The notes below the pieces were generated by a model. That model searched no databases, had not been told where the DNA came from, and saw only the letters and a list, made by a program, of their open reading frames with translations. Below, piece by piece: positions 28,084-36,799 of a stretch of DNA of 54,028 nt (position 1 is the first letter of the stretch; each line of letters opens with the position of its first letter). The position numbers and the translations under genes are program-made. The stretch lies in the IMG/VR virus record IMGVR_UViG_3300044644_002613; one strand, written 5' to 3'. The DNA comes from an uncultured virus (IMG/VR IMGVR_UViG_3300044644_002613). Its lineage: Duplodnaviria; Heunggongvirae; Uroviricota; Caudoviricetes.

Positions 28084-28527
28084 TTAACAACACTTTCCAA
28101 TTCCACATTTATCTGGAGCAAGACAAGCAGTATGCTTTTTTCCTAAAACATATAACAAGCCAGATGGTGTTATTTCTATTTCTGCTATTGGGAACTGCGA
28201 AATAAACTCTTGTTCATATTCCATTTCCACAAAAATATCTTCAGAACAAAAAAGTTTATTAGCATGGTCAAATATAGTTTTTAATTTTGTACTAGTAAGT
28301 CTATGATCAACATCATCTGCAACTAATATCTGAAGCAAACAAGAAGTGACCTCCCTAAGAGTTCCACCGCAATCTACAAAATCTTTTTTAACTTTTCCGA
28401 TTTCAGTTACATGGAAATGAGGCGGTACAAAACTACCATCTGGCAGCATTATCTGCATATGAACATATTCGTTTTCCAATAAAATATCTTTCAAAGCCTT
28501 AAGCGTTATCATTTTTTTGGTATCCAT
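28084..28527 (-). CDS. DUF6428-like protein
   Basis: VPPHFHVTEIG.V.KDFVDCGG, DHRL...KL, TACLAPDKCG..KCC. Confidence 0.75.
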   Translation of the reverse strand: MDTKKMITLKALKDILLENEYVHMQIMLPDGSFVPPHFHVTEIGKVKKDFVDCGGTLREVTSCLLQILVADDVDHRLTSTKLKTIFDHANKLFCSEDIFVEMEYEQEFISQFPIAEIEITPSGLLYVLGKKHTACLAPDKCGIGKCC

Positions 28528-28886
28528 TTGTTTAAAGGAAATTCAACATTAACCCATTTCGTAAGCGGAAACTCTATCTGCTTACCGTCATTTGAAACAT
28601 AATAACATTTTATAACTCCACTTTTATATCCTTTAGTCAAAATTGAAGATTGCCAATCTATCAGCTTATCTTCGTTTTTTGCACTCTCGTAACCATCGCT
28701 AAATCCAGTATTGTAATTGGTTAATCCCTCGTAATCAGCCTTGTCTTCTAATACAACTGCTTTGCTGTGCAAGCACTTGTATTCTTCTATTGAATTTTTC
28801 ATTTCTGCATCCAAATACATGCAGTACGAAACAGGAATCAATGCAAGAAGAATGTATATCGCAATAACTGGAGAATTAAGTTTCAT
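28509..28886 (-). CDS. Hypothetical membrane-anchored protein
   Basis: Start placed at MKLNSP; N-terminal hydrophobic segment. Confidence 0.55.
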   Translation of the reverse strand: MKLNSPVIAIYILLALIPVSYCMYLDAEMKNSIEEYKCLHSKAVVLEDKADYEGLTNYNTGFSDGYESAKNEDKLIDWQSSILTKGYKSGVIKCYYVSNDGKQIEFPLTKWVNVEFPLNKWIPKK

Positions 28887-29235
28887 TTCTTTCTTTCTTG
28901 ATTTTCTTGCCCAATTTAACAGCATCATCAACACCAGTCCAACGCAAACACTCTATGAAAGAATTGGTAGTTTCCATGTTCATTATTTCTGGACACTTCT
29001 CACACATTTCTTGAATATGTGAAACATCAGGGTAATGTCGCAAACATCCCTTAGCCATTTCTCGTACTTCTTTTGGAATTCTTTTTAAATTAAACGCAAG
29101 ATCAATCAAGAATTTTCTTGTTTGTGCAATCGACCTAGTTCTTTCCTGTGGTAAAGTCATGTTTTCCCCGATATTCAAACAACTTAATATATTTTCTCCA
29201 TTATCAAACTTCTCGTCAAACTCTTCTGCCTTCAT
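28876..29235 (-). CDS. BPSL0761-like protein with a short BrnA-antitoxin-like leader
   Basis: MTLPQERTRS...TRKFL.DL...IPKEVRE.A..CLRHYP from ATG 29160; in-frame upstream ATG 29235 (ATGA overlap). Confidence 0.6.
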   Translation of the reverse strand: MKAEEFDEKFDNGENILSCLNIGENMTLPQERTRSIAQTRKFLIDLAFNLKRIPKEVREMAKGCLRHYPDVSHIQEMCEKCPEIMNMETTNSFIECLRWTGVDDAVKLGKKIKKERNET

Positions 29236-29468
29236 CTTAATCTCATAATACATCTGGCAGAGCAAGCCAATATTGCACAACCACTAACTACTGCTTCATA
29301 TGCGATTTTCTCTTGCTCTTTTAACGCAAGTTGATATTTATTAGAAAGAATATTATATCTTTTATGAGATTCAAACATCATTTCTTTGGCACTATGCAAA
29401 GAATTTTTAGCATTGTGAAGCCTAAAAGAAGCGTCTAAAACCTCTTGTTGTAATTCTTGTAAATTCAT
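29232..29468 (-). CDS. Small coiled-coil hypothetical protein
   Basis: Co-oriented ORF coupled to the next gene. Confidence 0.55.
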   Translation of the reverse strand: MNLQELQQEVLDASFRLHNAKNSLHSAKEMMFESHKRYNILSNKYQLALKEQEKIAYEAVVSGCAILACSARCIMRLR

Positions 29469-29571
29469 TCATCGATCTCGTCAAGTTCTGGACTAAACAA
29501 TATTACGATTTGAAACAATATCACCAAAAATAGCAATGCCAAAATTAAATGATTCAAAGCCGCATGCATTT

Positions 29572-30045
29572 TCACATCCTAAATTTATTGTTGACTTCGG
29601 AAAGGTCAGCAACTGTAACTATATGAATAAAGTCTTTTTCATATTCATCCCTTATGACACTAATCCAATTGTCGCCAACTTTAATTTCGACATTTAAATC
29701 GTTATCTTTTTTTGAAAGCCTTACATACGATATTGCAACAGTCTCAGAACAATTGAATTCTTTTATTTCGGCAATAGTTTTTTTTACTGCCTTTTCATCT
29801 ACTTCATTTTTTTCAGAAGAGACAACTTCTTCTGATTTGACATCTTTCGAATAGCTTTCAAACTCTTCTATGACAGTTTCAGAAGCGGTTTCCCCAAATC
29901 CATTATTATAGTCATATGGCTTACTCGAAAGGTATGTCACTCTGGCTTGTGTATTATTGATGCCACAGTAAAGAACTTTATTATCCCAATAAGTGAATTG
30001 ATTGCGATATAGATTTGTCGTTCTTTCAATTACTCTGTATATCAT
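29572..30045 (-). CDS. Hypothetical protein
   Basis: SD AAGGA; 157 aa. Confidence 0.6.
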   Translation of the reverse strand: MIYRVIERTTNLYRNQFTYWDNKVLYCGINNTQARVTYLSSKPYDYNNGFGETASETVIEEFESYSKDVKSEEVVSSEKNEVDEKAVKKTIAEIKEFNCSETVAISYVRLSKKDNDLNVEIKVGDNWISVIRDEYEKDFIHIVTVADLSEVNNKFRM

Positions 30046-30048
30046 TTT

Positions 30049-30462
30049 TTATTCCTTGTTCAGATCAATAGGAATCGCATGCACACCATTCAAATATGCA
30101 TCAAGCACTTCCGCACCAGTCATATCCTTTTGCAATATAATTGCACCACTCAGATCATCAACTAATTTATGAGCATAAAACTCACCACTTTTACTTTCAA
30201 TCTTGCTCACGAATTTATCCTGTGTTGCTCTCCATTCTTTACTATGTCCTTCTCTTGTGTCATGAGTTGTTGTTAATTGATCGAGGTCGATTAGCACCTC
30301 TAATTTCATGACGCATTTCCCTTTTTTGTTACGCCTCCCAAGACCGAAAGAATTAACCTCAAACTTTTGACCATTTAAAAACATCTTCATTATACTTGGA
30401 TCATTTGGATCGGTCACAATTTTCCATTCATCTTTTACTGGTCTTTGATCTAGGTCACTCAT
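30049..30462 (-). CDS. Hypothetical protein
   Basis: Start moved to MSDLDQ (SD AGGAG). Confidence 0.6.
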   Translation of the reverse strand: MSDLDQRPVKDEWKIVTDPNDPSIMKMFLNGQKFEVNSFGLGRRNKKGKCVMKLEVLIDLDQLTTTHDTREGHSKEWRATQDKFVSKIESKSGEFYAHKLVDDLSGAIILQKDMTGAEVLDAYLNGVHAIPIDLNKE

Positions 30463-30610
30463 GCTTTTCTCCTGTTGCCTTAAAAATTTCAACCGCTTTT
30501 TTCCATGCAGCCTCTATCTCAGGATTCTGTTCGATCTCACTTTCATTCGCAATAGCTTTCAAAACTGCGGATGTAATCAGGCTGTCAAGGTCATCCGTTT
30601 TTTGGCTCAT
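30455..30610 (-). CDS. Small hypothetical protein (51 aa); below ORF-track cutoff
   Basis: SD AGGAG; MSQKTDDLDSLITSAVLKAIANE...GEKHE; fills the gap between neighbours. Confidence 0.6.
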   Translation of the reverse strand: MSQKTDDLDSLITSAVLKAIANESEIEQNPEIEAAWKKAVEIFKATGEKHE

Positions 30611-30612
30611 TT

Positions 30613-30831
30613 CTATTCTCCTATTGGTTTGTTAAAGTTTACTAAAAGTTTTATTTCAGTAAATTCGGAATTAGGAGTAGAAACAACAGAATAAGATTCC
30701 ATATAAAATTCTTTCCCAACCGCATATAATTTCTGTGCATTTGGGTCAAGAACGATGTTGTTTTCGTTTATTTTTTTCACTTCTGATGTCAATTTACGAA
30801 GTATATTTAATTCCTCTGGTGTTATGCCCAT
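30613..30831 (-). CDS. Small hypothetical protein
   Basis: SD AAGGA. Confidence 0.55.
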   Translation of the reverse strand: MGITPEELNILRKLTSEVKKINENNIVLDPNAQKLYAVGKEFYMESYSVVSTPNSEFTEIKLLVNFNKPIGE

Positions 30832-30857
30832 GATTGTTATCCTTCTAATGTGACGAA

Positions 30858-32075
30858 CTACAAACTACTTTCTTCTAAATTGACCAACATCTGCTCTCTG
30901 ACAGAAAGCAAATCTAAAGCCATTTTCAATTTAACTTTTAAATCTGCATTTTCTTTTTGTAGCTCTTTGGTCACAGTTTGTGACCTTATAATTTCTGGAT
31001 TGTAAATTTCCGACCACAGCTTTTTGTTCATGTCCAAATCTGGTATCTGAGCTTCATCAATTCCAAGATTCTTCCAATGCTGTGTCATTTCTTTTTGATG
31101 TTCTCGTATCGCTTTTTCGTATCGCTCAACTAGCGACTCCAATAAGCCATGATAAGACTGGAGTTCCAGATTGTATCCAGTAATTCTTTTGTTGTATTCG
31201 TTGTTGATGTCGATAAGCCTTTTAAGTTCTTCAATGTATTCCCGTTGAGATTTTTGAATCTCAAGATTGCATTCATTACCATCAAGTATAGATCTTTCGA
31301 GTTCAACTATGTATTGCTGTTGGCTTTTTCCAGCCTCACCTTCTTTTCCAAGATGTCCTACTACTCCAATTGTACCCTTTGTGTCAGTAGCTTCCCCCTT
31401 TGTGTCAGTAGCTTCCCCCTTTGTGTTGGTAGCTTCCCCCTTTGTGTGTGAAGTTCCTTCTGAATCCCATTCCTCCCATTCTTTACCGATATGTCTCTCT
31501 TTGATATCATCACGAAATTCGTTTCGTGATGATGCCTCATCTCCCTTAAATTTAGCCAATTCCGCATGCAGTTTGTTTTCTCTATCTTTTTGATTTTGAT
31601 GGAACAATTCGGGATCAGCTAGTTCGAGCATGTGTGAGGAACATTTTTCTTCGTCTGTTTTGTCTAATTCGCCCCTAAAAGTTACTTTCAAGACATACGA
31701 AGAAAGAATTGAATCGACAAGATGAGACACACCTACACATGCAACCGTATAAACAGATGGACCAAAATATCGTTGGAATCCACCCCAAATAATTCTATTA
31801 AATTGCTTCATCGACAAGTCTATCGAGACTACAGATGCAGGTTCTGTCATCTCAGACCATGCCTTCACAACAATTATTTCTTCGGAAATCTTACTACTAT
31901 CTATGGACTCTATTTTCGTAAGACGCATTCTTCCTTGCTGACTAGCAGGGTGATGTTCAAGTCCATAAAGTACAATCTTATAAATGTGGAACGAATAAAG
32001 ATTCATTTCTACTGAGACATACATTGGATCTTCATCGTTCTTCGTCATCATTATTCTCCACGAAATATTCAACAA
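30858..32075 (-). CDS. Hypothetical coiled-coil protein with 21-bp TKGEATD repeats (31375-31447)
   Basis: Long ORF; true start probably MMTKND (SD GGAG); about 3.5 copies of a 21-bp unit. Confidence 0.65.
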   Translation of the reverse strand: MLNISWRIMMTKNDEDPMYVSVEMNLYSFHIYKIVLYGLEHHPASQQGRMRLTKIESIDSSKISEEIIVVKAWSEMTEPASVVSIDLSMKQFNRIIWGGFQRYFGPSVYTVACVGVSHLVDSILSSYVLKVTFRGELDKTDEEKCSSHMLELADPELFHQNQKDRENKLHAELAKFKGDEASSRNEFRDDIKERHIGKEWEEWDSEGTSHTKGEATNTKGEATDTKGEATDTKGTIGVVGHLGKEGEAGKSQQQYIVELERSILDGNECNLEIQKSQREYIEELKRLIDINNEYNKRITGYNLELQSYHGLLESLVERYEKAIREHQKEMTQHWKNLGIDEAQIPDLDMNKKLWSEIYNPEIIRSQTVTKELQKENADLKVKLKMALDLLSVREQMLVNLEESSL

Positions 32076-32235
32076 TCAAAGGAACACCGAACTGCAAAAG
32101 AAAGATCATTGCCGATATCAAGAACAAAATATAATAACCGTTTTTCATTAAAGCATCAAGCTCACGACAAAGCCAATTGAAAAAAAAAGCCAAATTTTCC
32201 ATGAACTCGTAATAGAAACTTCTCATAATCATCAT
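32032..32235 (-). CDS. Small membrane protein
   Basis: One hydrophobic segment; co-oriented. Confidence 0.45.
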   Translation of the reverse strand: MMIMRSFYYEFMENLAFFFNWLCRELDALMKNGYYILFLISAMIFLLQFGVPLIVEYFVENNDDEER

Positions 32236-32248
32236 ATTTTATTTTTTC

Positions 32249-34237
32249 TCAAACATTAAATGCCCACCTTACTTTACCACAATCCCATATTCTGCTTAAT
32301 CCATTTTGTAATGCCCATTCTTTTTCACTTATATCTTTAGGACAGCCAGTATTGCATTTCATTTGACTCTGTTTGCTTATTCTTTCTTTTGGATAGCTCA
32401 TATTCACATATGCATAATCAGAACCTAATTCTTCTTCTAATTTAAAATTTAAATTTTTATAAATAGAACCATTGCTCCACCTACTATCACTCCAACTTAT
32501 AATCTTCTTGATTCCATTATTCTTGCACCAATTTACACAATGTGAAAATAGTTTACTTGCACCACCAACTATCTGATGACCAGCCTTAAAACATAAACGA
32601 GTTAAAACCATTTCACCTTTTGTTTGTTTGCGATGATGGACACCTAAATCCATTACACCAATTAATTCATCTTCGCAATATAAACCAAAACAAACTTTTG
32701 CTAAAGAATTACCACCTTGTACATGATGTTTATCACAAAAATCAGTAAATTCCTTTTTGCTAATTTCTTTTGCTGTACATTTTCTTGCATAAAGTCTTTT
32801 TTCGAAAACTCCAAGTTTACTTAGAATGACACTTTTGATTACTTCTTGATTGTTAAGCCATTCATCTTCGAAAATTGTTATAAGTTGAATGCCTTTTTCT
32901 TTACAAATATTAAACTTACTGATGTGGTAGTTACTTGGTCTTGGTTGAGGTGAGTTTTCATGATGCCAATATAAACCACAATATTCTATAGCAAACTTTA
33001 AATTAGAATCATATAAATCAAGCTCTTTGCTACCTAAAACTGTATGATCTGATTGAAAGTTAAAACCAAACGAATTCAACCAGTTTTGTATTTCTTTTTG
33101 AGTCTTGCCATATTTTCTCTGTGGATATGGAGAGCCATATCGTTCTATATTTGTTTGCCTTATTTTTTCTTGTATTTCTGGAGATTGTATTGGATATTCA
33201 ACACCAAATCTATCCAAGCATGTTTGTTTTACTTTTTCTTTGATTTCTGGTGATGAAGAAGCATATTCATGTCCAAATTTCTCCAAACATATTTGCCTTA
33301 CTTTTTCTTGAACTTCTGGCGAAAGGAAAGGGTTTTCGTATCCAAATCTTTCCAAACATGTCTGTCTTACTTTTTCTTTGAATTCTGGTGAAGAAGAAGC
33401 GTATTCATGTCCAAACCTTTCTAAGTTCGTTTGTCTTACTTTCTCTTGGATCTCTGGTGAGGAAGAAGCATGATCGTGTCCGAATTTTTCAAGACTCGTT
33501 TGTCTTGCTTTTTCTTTCATTTCCGAAGATTGCATAATGTACTCAACGCCATATCTTTCAATATTTGTTTCTCTGGTTTTTTCTAATATTTCTGGTCGTT
33601 GATTTGGATTTTCTACACCATATCTCTGAATATTAGTTTGCTTTATTTTTTCTCTTGTTTCCAAAGAACTTATTTGATACTCAACACCATATTTTTCAAT
33701 GTTTGTTTGTCTAGTTTTTTCTAATATTTCTGGGGATTGCATGGCATGTTCATGTCCATATTTTTCAATATTAGTTTGTCTTGATTTTTCTTTAACTTCT
33801 GGTGATTGTAAAGAATATTCGACACCAAATCTTTCCAAGCATGTTTGTTTTACTTTTTCTTTGATTTCTGGTGAGGAAGAAACATGTTCGTATCCATATT
33901 TTTTTAAATTTGTTTGTTTCTTTTTTTCTTGTGTTTCCGATAATTTACTTGCATGTTCAACACCAAATTTTTTCATGCAAGTATCTTTGATTTTATTTAT
34001 TATATCTTTTCTTTGAAAGTTATATTCAACACCATGTACTTTTAAATTAGATTCTTTAATTTTTTTTGCTACACAGACTCTGTTGGAACAGCAATCTTTT
34101 TCAATTATTTTACGAGAATTCACATAACTATATTTTTTTTTATTAGACTCATCTCCACAATAATCACAAGTGAAAACAATTGATTCACGAGCTTTAATTT
34201 TCTCAAATGGTTTGTCCAACTTTTCTAGGATCAGCAT
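32249..34237 (-). CDS. Hef-like free-standing endonuclease: Zn motif + about 14 x 23-aa repeats + PD-(D/E)xK/Vsr-like nuclease + GNAT/Mom-like C-terminal domain
   Basis: CDYC..CC..C; repeat EKxxQTxLExxGxExxxxSPEx; ELDLY....AIEYCGLYWH...H..K...C...GIQLITIFEDEW; YARKC, HHVQG, LTRLC, GGASKLF, ISWSDSRWS.G, RIWDCG. Confidence 0.75.
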   Translation of the reverse strand: MLILEKLDKPFEKIKARESIVFTCDYCGDESNKKKYSYVNSRKIIEKDCCSNRVCVAKKIKESNLKVHGVEYNFQRKDIINKIKDTCMKKFGVEHASKLSETQEKKKQTNLKKYGYEHVSSSPEIKEKVKQTCLERFGVEYSLQSPEVKEKSRQTNIEKYGHEHAMQSPEILEKTRQTNIEKYGVEYQISSLETREKIKQTNIQRYGVENPNQRPEILEKTRETNIERYGVEYIMQSSEMKEKARQTSLEKFGHDHASSSPEIQEKVRQTNLERFGHEYASSSPEFKEKVRQTCLERFGYENPFLSPEVQEKVRQICLEKFGHEYASSSPEIKEKVKQTCLDRFGVEYPIQSPEIQEKIRQTNIERYGSPYPQRKYGKTQKEIQNWLNSFGFNFQSDHTVLGSKELDLYDSNLKFAIEYCGLYWHHENSPQPRPSNYHISKFNICKEKGIQLITIFEDEWLNNQEVIKSVILSKLGVFEKRLYARKCTAKEISKKEFTDFCDKHHVQGGNSLAKVCFGLYCEDELIGVMDLGVHHRKQTKGEMVLTRLCFKAGHQIVGGASKLFSHCVNWCKNNGIKKIISWSDSRWSNGSIYKNLNFKLEEELGSDYAYVNMSYPKERISKQSQMKCNTGCPKDISEKEWALQNGLSRIWDCGKVRWAFNV

Positions 34238-34265
34238 AATAAATCCTTCAGTAAATATATCATAT

Positions 34266-35690
34266 TTACTGCTTTAAAAGTTTTTTCTCAATCAATATCT
34301 TCCTTAATTTCTCCAATGGTGCTTTCCAACATCTTGGCTTTTCCTGCCTCAGAAGTGTGACATTGTCACCATACCAAGGAGACTTGTCACCACTATGACT
34401 CCAAACATAATAAGCAGAAATTGGAACCATTATAAATACTTCCTTCCCAAAACTTGCTGCCAAATGTGCTATAGAAGTGCAACTTGTTATAACAAAATCA
34501 AGATTTTTAATAAAGCCCAAAGTCTCTTGAAAAGAATCCATTTTTTCAGATAAATCAATCAAATTGGGGAAATCCTTGATTTGCTCAAGATTATCATCCC
34601 TCTGTAAGCTATAAAATGTTCCATCCACATCTTTCAAAACTTCATATAACTCTTTAACAGGATAAGAACGATGCAAATCATGATCATATAAAGGTGAACC
34701 AGCCCACCTGATGCCTATTTTTGGTGACTTTCCATCTAACTTGCACTTATCATCATATTCTTTAGAAGATGAGATATAGGGCTTATCCCATAGGTCTTTA
34801 TATTCAAGATTTAGATAGATAGGAAGATGCATTGAATATGTCCACTTTAAGTCTGGGATATCCTTCAATTCTTCCAAATTCGTAATCACAGGGAATCCAC
34901 TATTCTTGAATATCTCAAGAAGTCCTTTTCTTTCATTCTTCCATTCTTCTTTGTGCCAAACTGCATACCAATAAGCATTGATTCCTCTTTCCTTGAGATG
35001 TTTCATGAACCTTATGTTAATGATCTCATCTCCACTTCCTGCTTCTGCATAAATCACCAGATTTTTTACATCTTTTGCCCCTTCCCAGAAAGGAAGATTT
35101 AACTTCTTGTTCCTTGAGAAAATTGTCTCGCAGTTCCACAATCTCATTTTTGCCCCATCTAGTATAAAGTGCCTCAATCCTTCTTGGAATTTATCTCTGT
35201 AAAGGTAATATGTTCCAAGGTTGAACTTGATTTTGAGTGCGGTTTCTTCTGGAAGTTCTTTATAATTAGCAAGAACATGGTGCAATATCTCTTCCGCTTC
35301 TGTTTTCCTGTTGGAAAGGAAGAGAGCATATGCCTTTTCCAGTTGCAGATCATAATCCATCGGAATCAGCTTTTCATTGGCATTGATATAAGTCAATGCT
35401 TTTTCGGGTTCGTTGTTGTGATTATAAAGATTTATTAGATTGAACCTAGTCACATACATCAGTTGTGGGCTGTGTGCATTCACAAGTGCCTTCTCACCAT
35501 GCTTTATGGCTTCTTCATAATGTTGCAACTTGAAATAGCATTTACTGATATTATCTTGTTGCTCAAACGAGAAAGCGTTTTTAGCAAACACATCAAGCAC
35601 TTGTTTGGCAAGACTCTTTGCACCTAAATTCTTGAGTGTCATTACGAATGGCTCAAGATCATTAACACCAACATTTTCTTCTTTTTTCAT
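34266..35690 (-). CDS. TPR-repeat + GT9-like (heptosyltransferase-like) glycosyltransferase
   Basis: N-terminal TPR helices; WEG, YAEAGSGDEI...RF, IGIRWAGSP, YSLQ, LDFVITSCTSIAHLAAS.G, SPWY, LLRQ. Confidence 0.85.
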   Translation of the reverse strand: MKKEENVGVNDLEPFVMTLKNLGAKSLAKQVLDVFAKNAFSFEQQDNISKCYFKLQHYEEAIKHGEKALVNAHSPQLMYVTRFNLINLYNHNNEPEKALTYINANEKLIPMDYDLQLEKAYALFLSNRKTEAEEILHHVLANYKELPEETALKIKFNLGTYYLYRDKFQEGLRHFILDGAKMRLWNCETIFSRNKKLNLPFWEGAKDVKNLVIYAEAGSGDEIINIRFMKHLKERGINAYWYAVWHKEEWKNERKGLLEIFKNSGFPVITNLEELKDIPDLKWTYSMHLPIYLNLEYKDLWDKPYISSSKEYDDKCKLDGKSPKIGIRWAGSPLYDHDLHRSYPVKELYEVLKDVDGTFYSLQRDDNLEQIKDFPNLIDLSEKMDSFQETLGFIKNLDFVITSCTSIAHLAASFGKEVFIMVPISAYYVWSHSGDKSPWYGDNVTLLRQEKPRCWKAPLEKLRKILIEKKLLKQ

Positions 35691-35693
35691 GTG

Positions 35694-36236
35694 TTATTCC
35701 TTTATAACTATTAATTTGATAAAAACATCTTGATAAACATTTACAAGGTGTTCTGCATATCTTGCGATTTCCTCATATTTGCCTTCAGCTTCAAGTTTTG
35801 CATAGTCTGCATGGATTGAATAGTTGTAATCTAAAACTTCCATGTCAATTTGGTGAGTGATTGCATGTCCACTTGAACTTCCATAAGTTTCTTGATGCCA
35901 AAGACAGTATTTCTTGCTGAACTGCTTGAACATTTCTACGGTCAAAGCACGACAGTGGGTGTAATCTCCGAAGAAGTTTCTTGCGAAGTGATGTGGGAAA
36001 GCTATGTCTACTACTGCACCATTTTTGCATACTCGATATATTTCTTTTATGACATGACCCAAATCATGAATATGTTCTAGTATGTGGTGTGCTTTTACTT
36101 CCTCTACTGTGCTGTCTTCGAATGGAAGTTTTTCTTTTTCTAAGTTGTGGAGATATTCTGGTTTGGTATTTGGATCTGCGTCTACATTTACGAATCCCTC
36201 AAATCTTTTTAGTCCACCGCCAATATTGATCTTCAT
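35694..36236 (-). CDS. Methyltransferase type 11-like
   Basis: INIGGG...GFVNVD, LPFEDSTV, HHILEH, EIYRVCK.G, DYTH. Confidence 0.85.
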   Translation of the reverse strand: MKINIGGGLKRFEGFVNVDADPNTKPEYLHNLEKEKLPFEDSTVEEVKAHHILEHIHDLGHVIKEIYRVCKNGAVVDIAFPHHFARNFFGDYTHCRALTVEMFKQFSKKYCLWHQETYGSSSGHAITHQIDMEVLDYNYSIHADYAKLEAEGKYEEIARYAEHLVNVYQDVFIKLIVIKE

Positions 36237-36285
36237 ATTTGTCCTTTTTGTAATGACTAATTCTTTCGTAATTGTCCTTGTTATT

Positions 36286-36315
36286 ATTATAAGATAGGAG
36301 GGTTGATTTTGGCAA
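36286..36315 (-). promoter_or_regulatory. sigma70-type promoter for the methyltransferase / TPR-GT9 genes
   Basis: TTGCCA-18 nt-TATAAT on the minus strand; SD AAGGA before ATG 36236. Confidence 0.5.
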
Positions 36316-36322
36316 ATTTGTT

Positions 36323-36393
36323 TCTATATGTTCGCCAGACTGAGATATGGATTGGATTTGCGTCTATATGTTCGCCAGACTGAGATATGGATT
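36323..36393. repeat. Perfect 31-bp intergenic direct repeat x2 (40-bp period)
   Basis: TCTATATGTTCGCCAGACTGAGATATGGATT at 36323-36353 and 36363-36393. Confidence 0.9.
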
Positions 36394-36799
36394 ATGTGGT
36401 TTTTTCTTTTATGAATTCATCTGGTCCATTTATGAAAATTTTGCCGTCATATTGTATTATTGCTGGGCAGTTGTGTGTTTGGCAGAATGTTTGGATTTCT
36501 ATAAGGACATTATCATCCATTTTCTTACCCATTTCGATAGCTCTGAGATATTGACCTTTGCTCCATTTTTCGACTGATATGATGACTTTTGATTTTTCTG
36601 GTTTGAGGTTTTCGGAGAAAAGACCTTGGAGCCAAGCACACTGGTAGGTTTTGCAGACTTCTGGTCTGGTTTCGTATATGGAGCAATTTCCTTTGAGAAA
36701 ATGGCATGGTTTTCCTCCGCCAAATTTGTGGCTGTAGGATTCGCCTTTTAGCCAGATGCAACAGGCATTGCAATCTCCACATTCCCTATTGATAGTCAT
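36392..36799 (-). CDS. YkgJ-like cysteine-cluster (CxxCxxCC) protein
   Basis: RECGDCNACC, PCHFL..NCSIYETRP.VC..YQCAWL; start moved to MTINRE. Confidence 0.8.
   Translation of the reverse strand: MTINRECGDCNACCIWLKGESYSHKFGGGKPCHFLKGNCSIYETRPEVCKTYQCAWLQGLFSENLKPEKSKVIISVEKWSKGQYLRAIEMGKKMDDNVLIEIQTFCQTHNCPAIIQYDGKIFINGPDEFIKEKTT

Noticed and set aside
36323..36393. CRISPR repeat-spacer-repeat
   Set aside because: Only a 9-nt gap separates the two copies.
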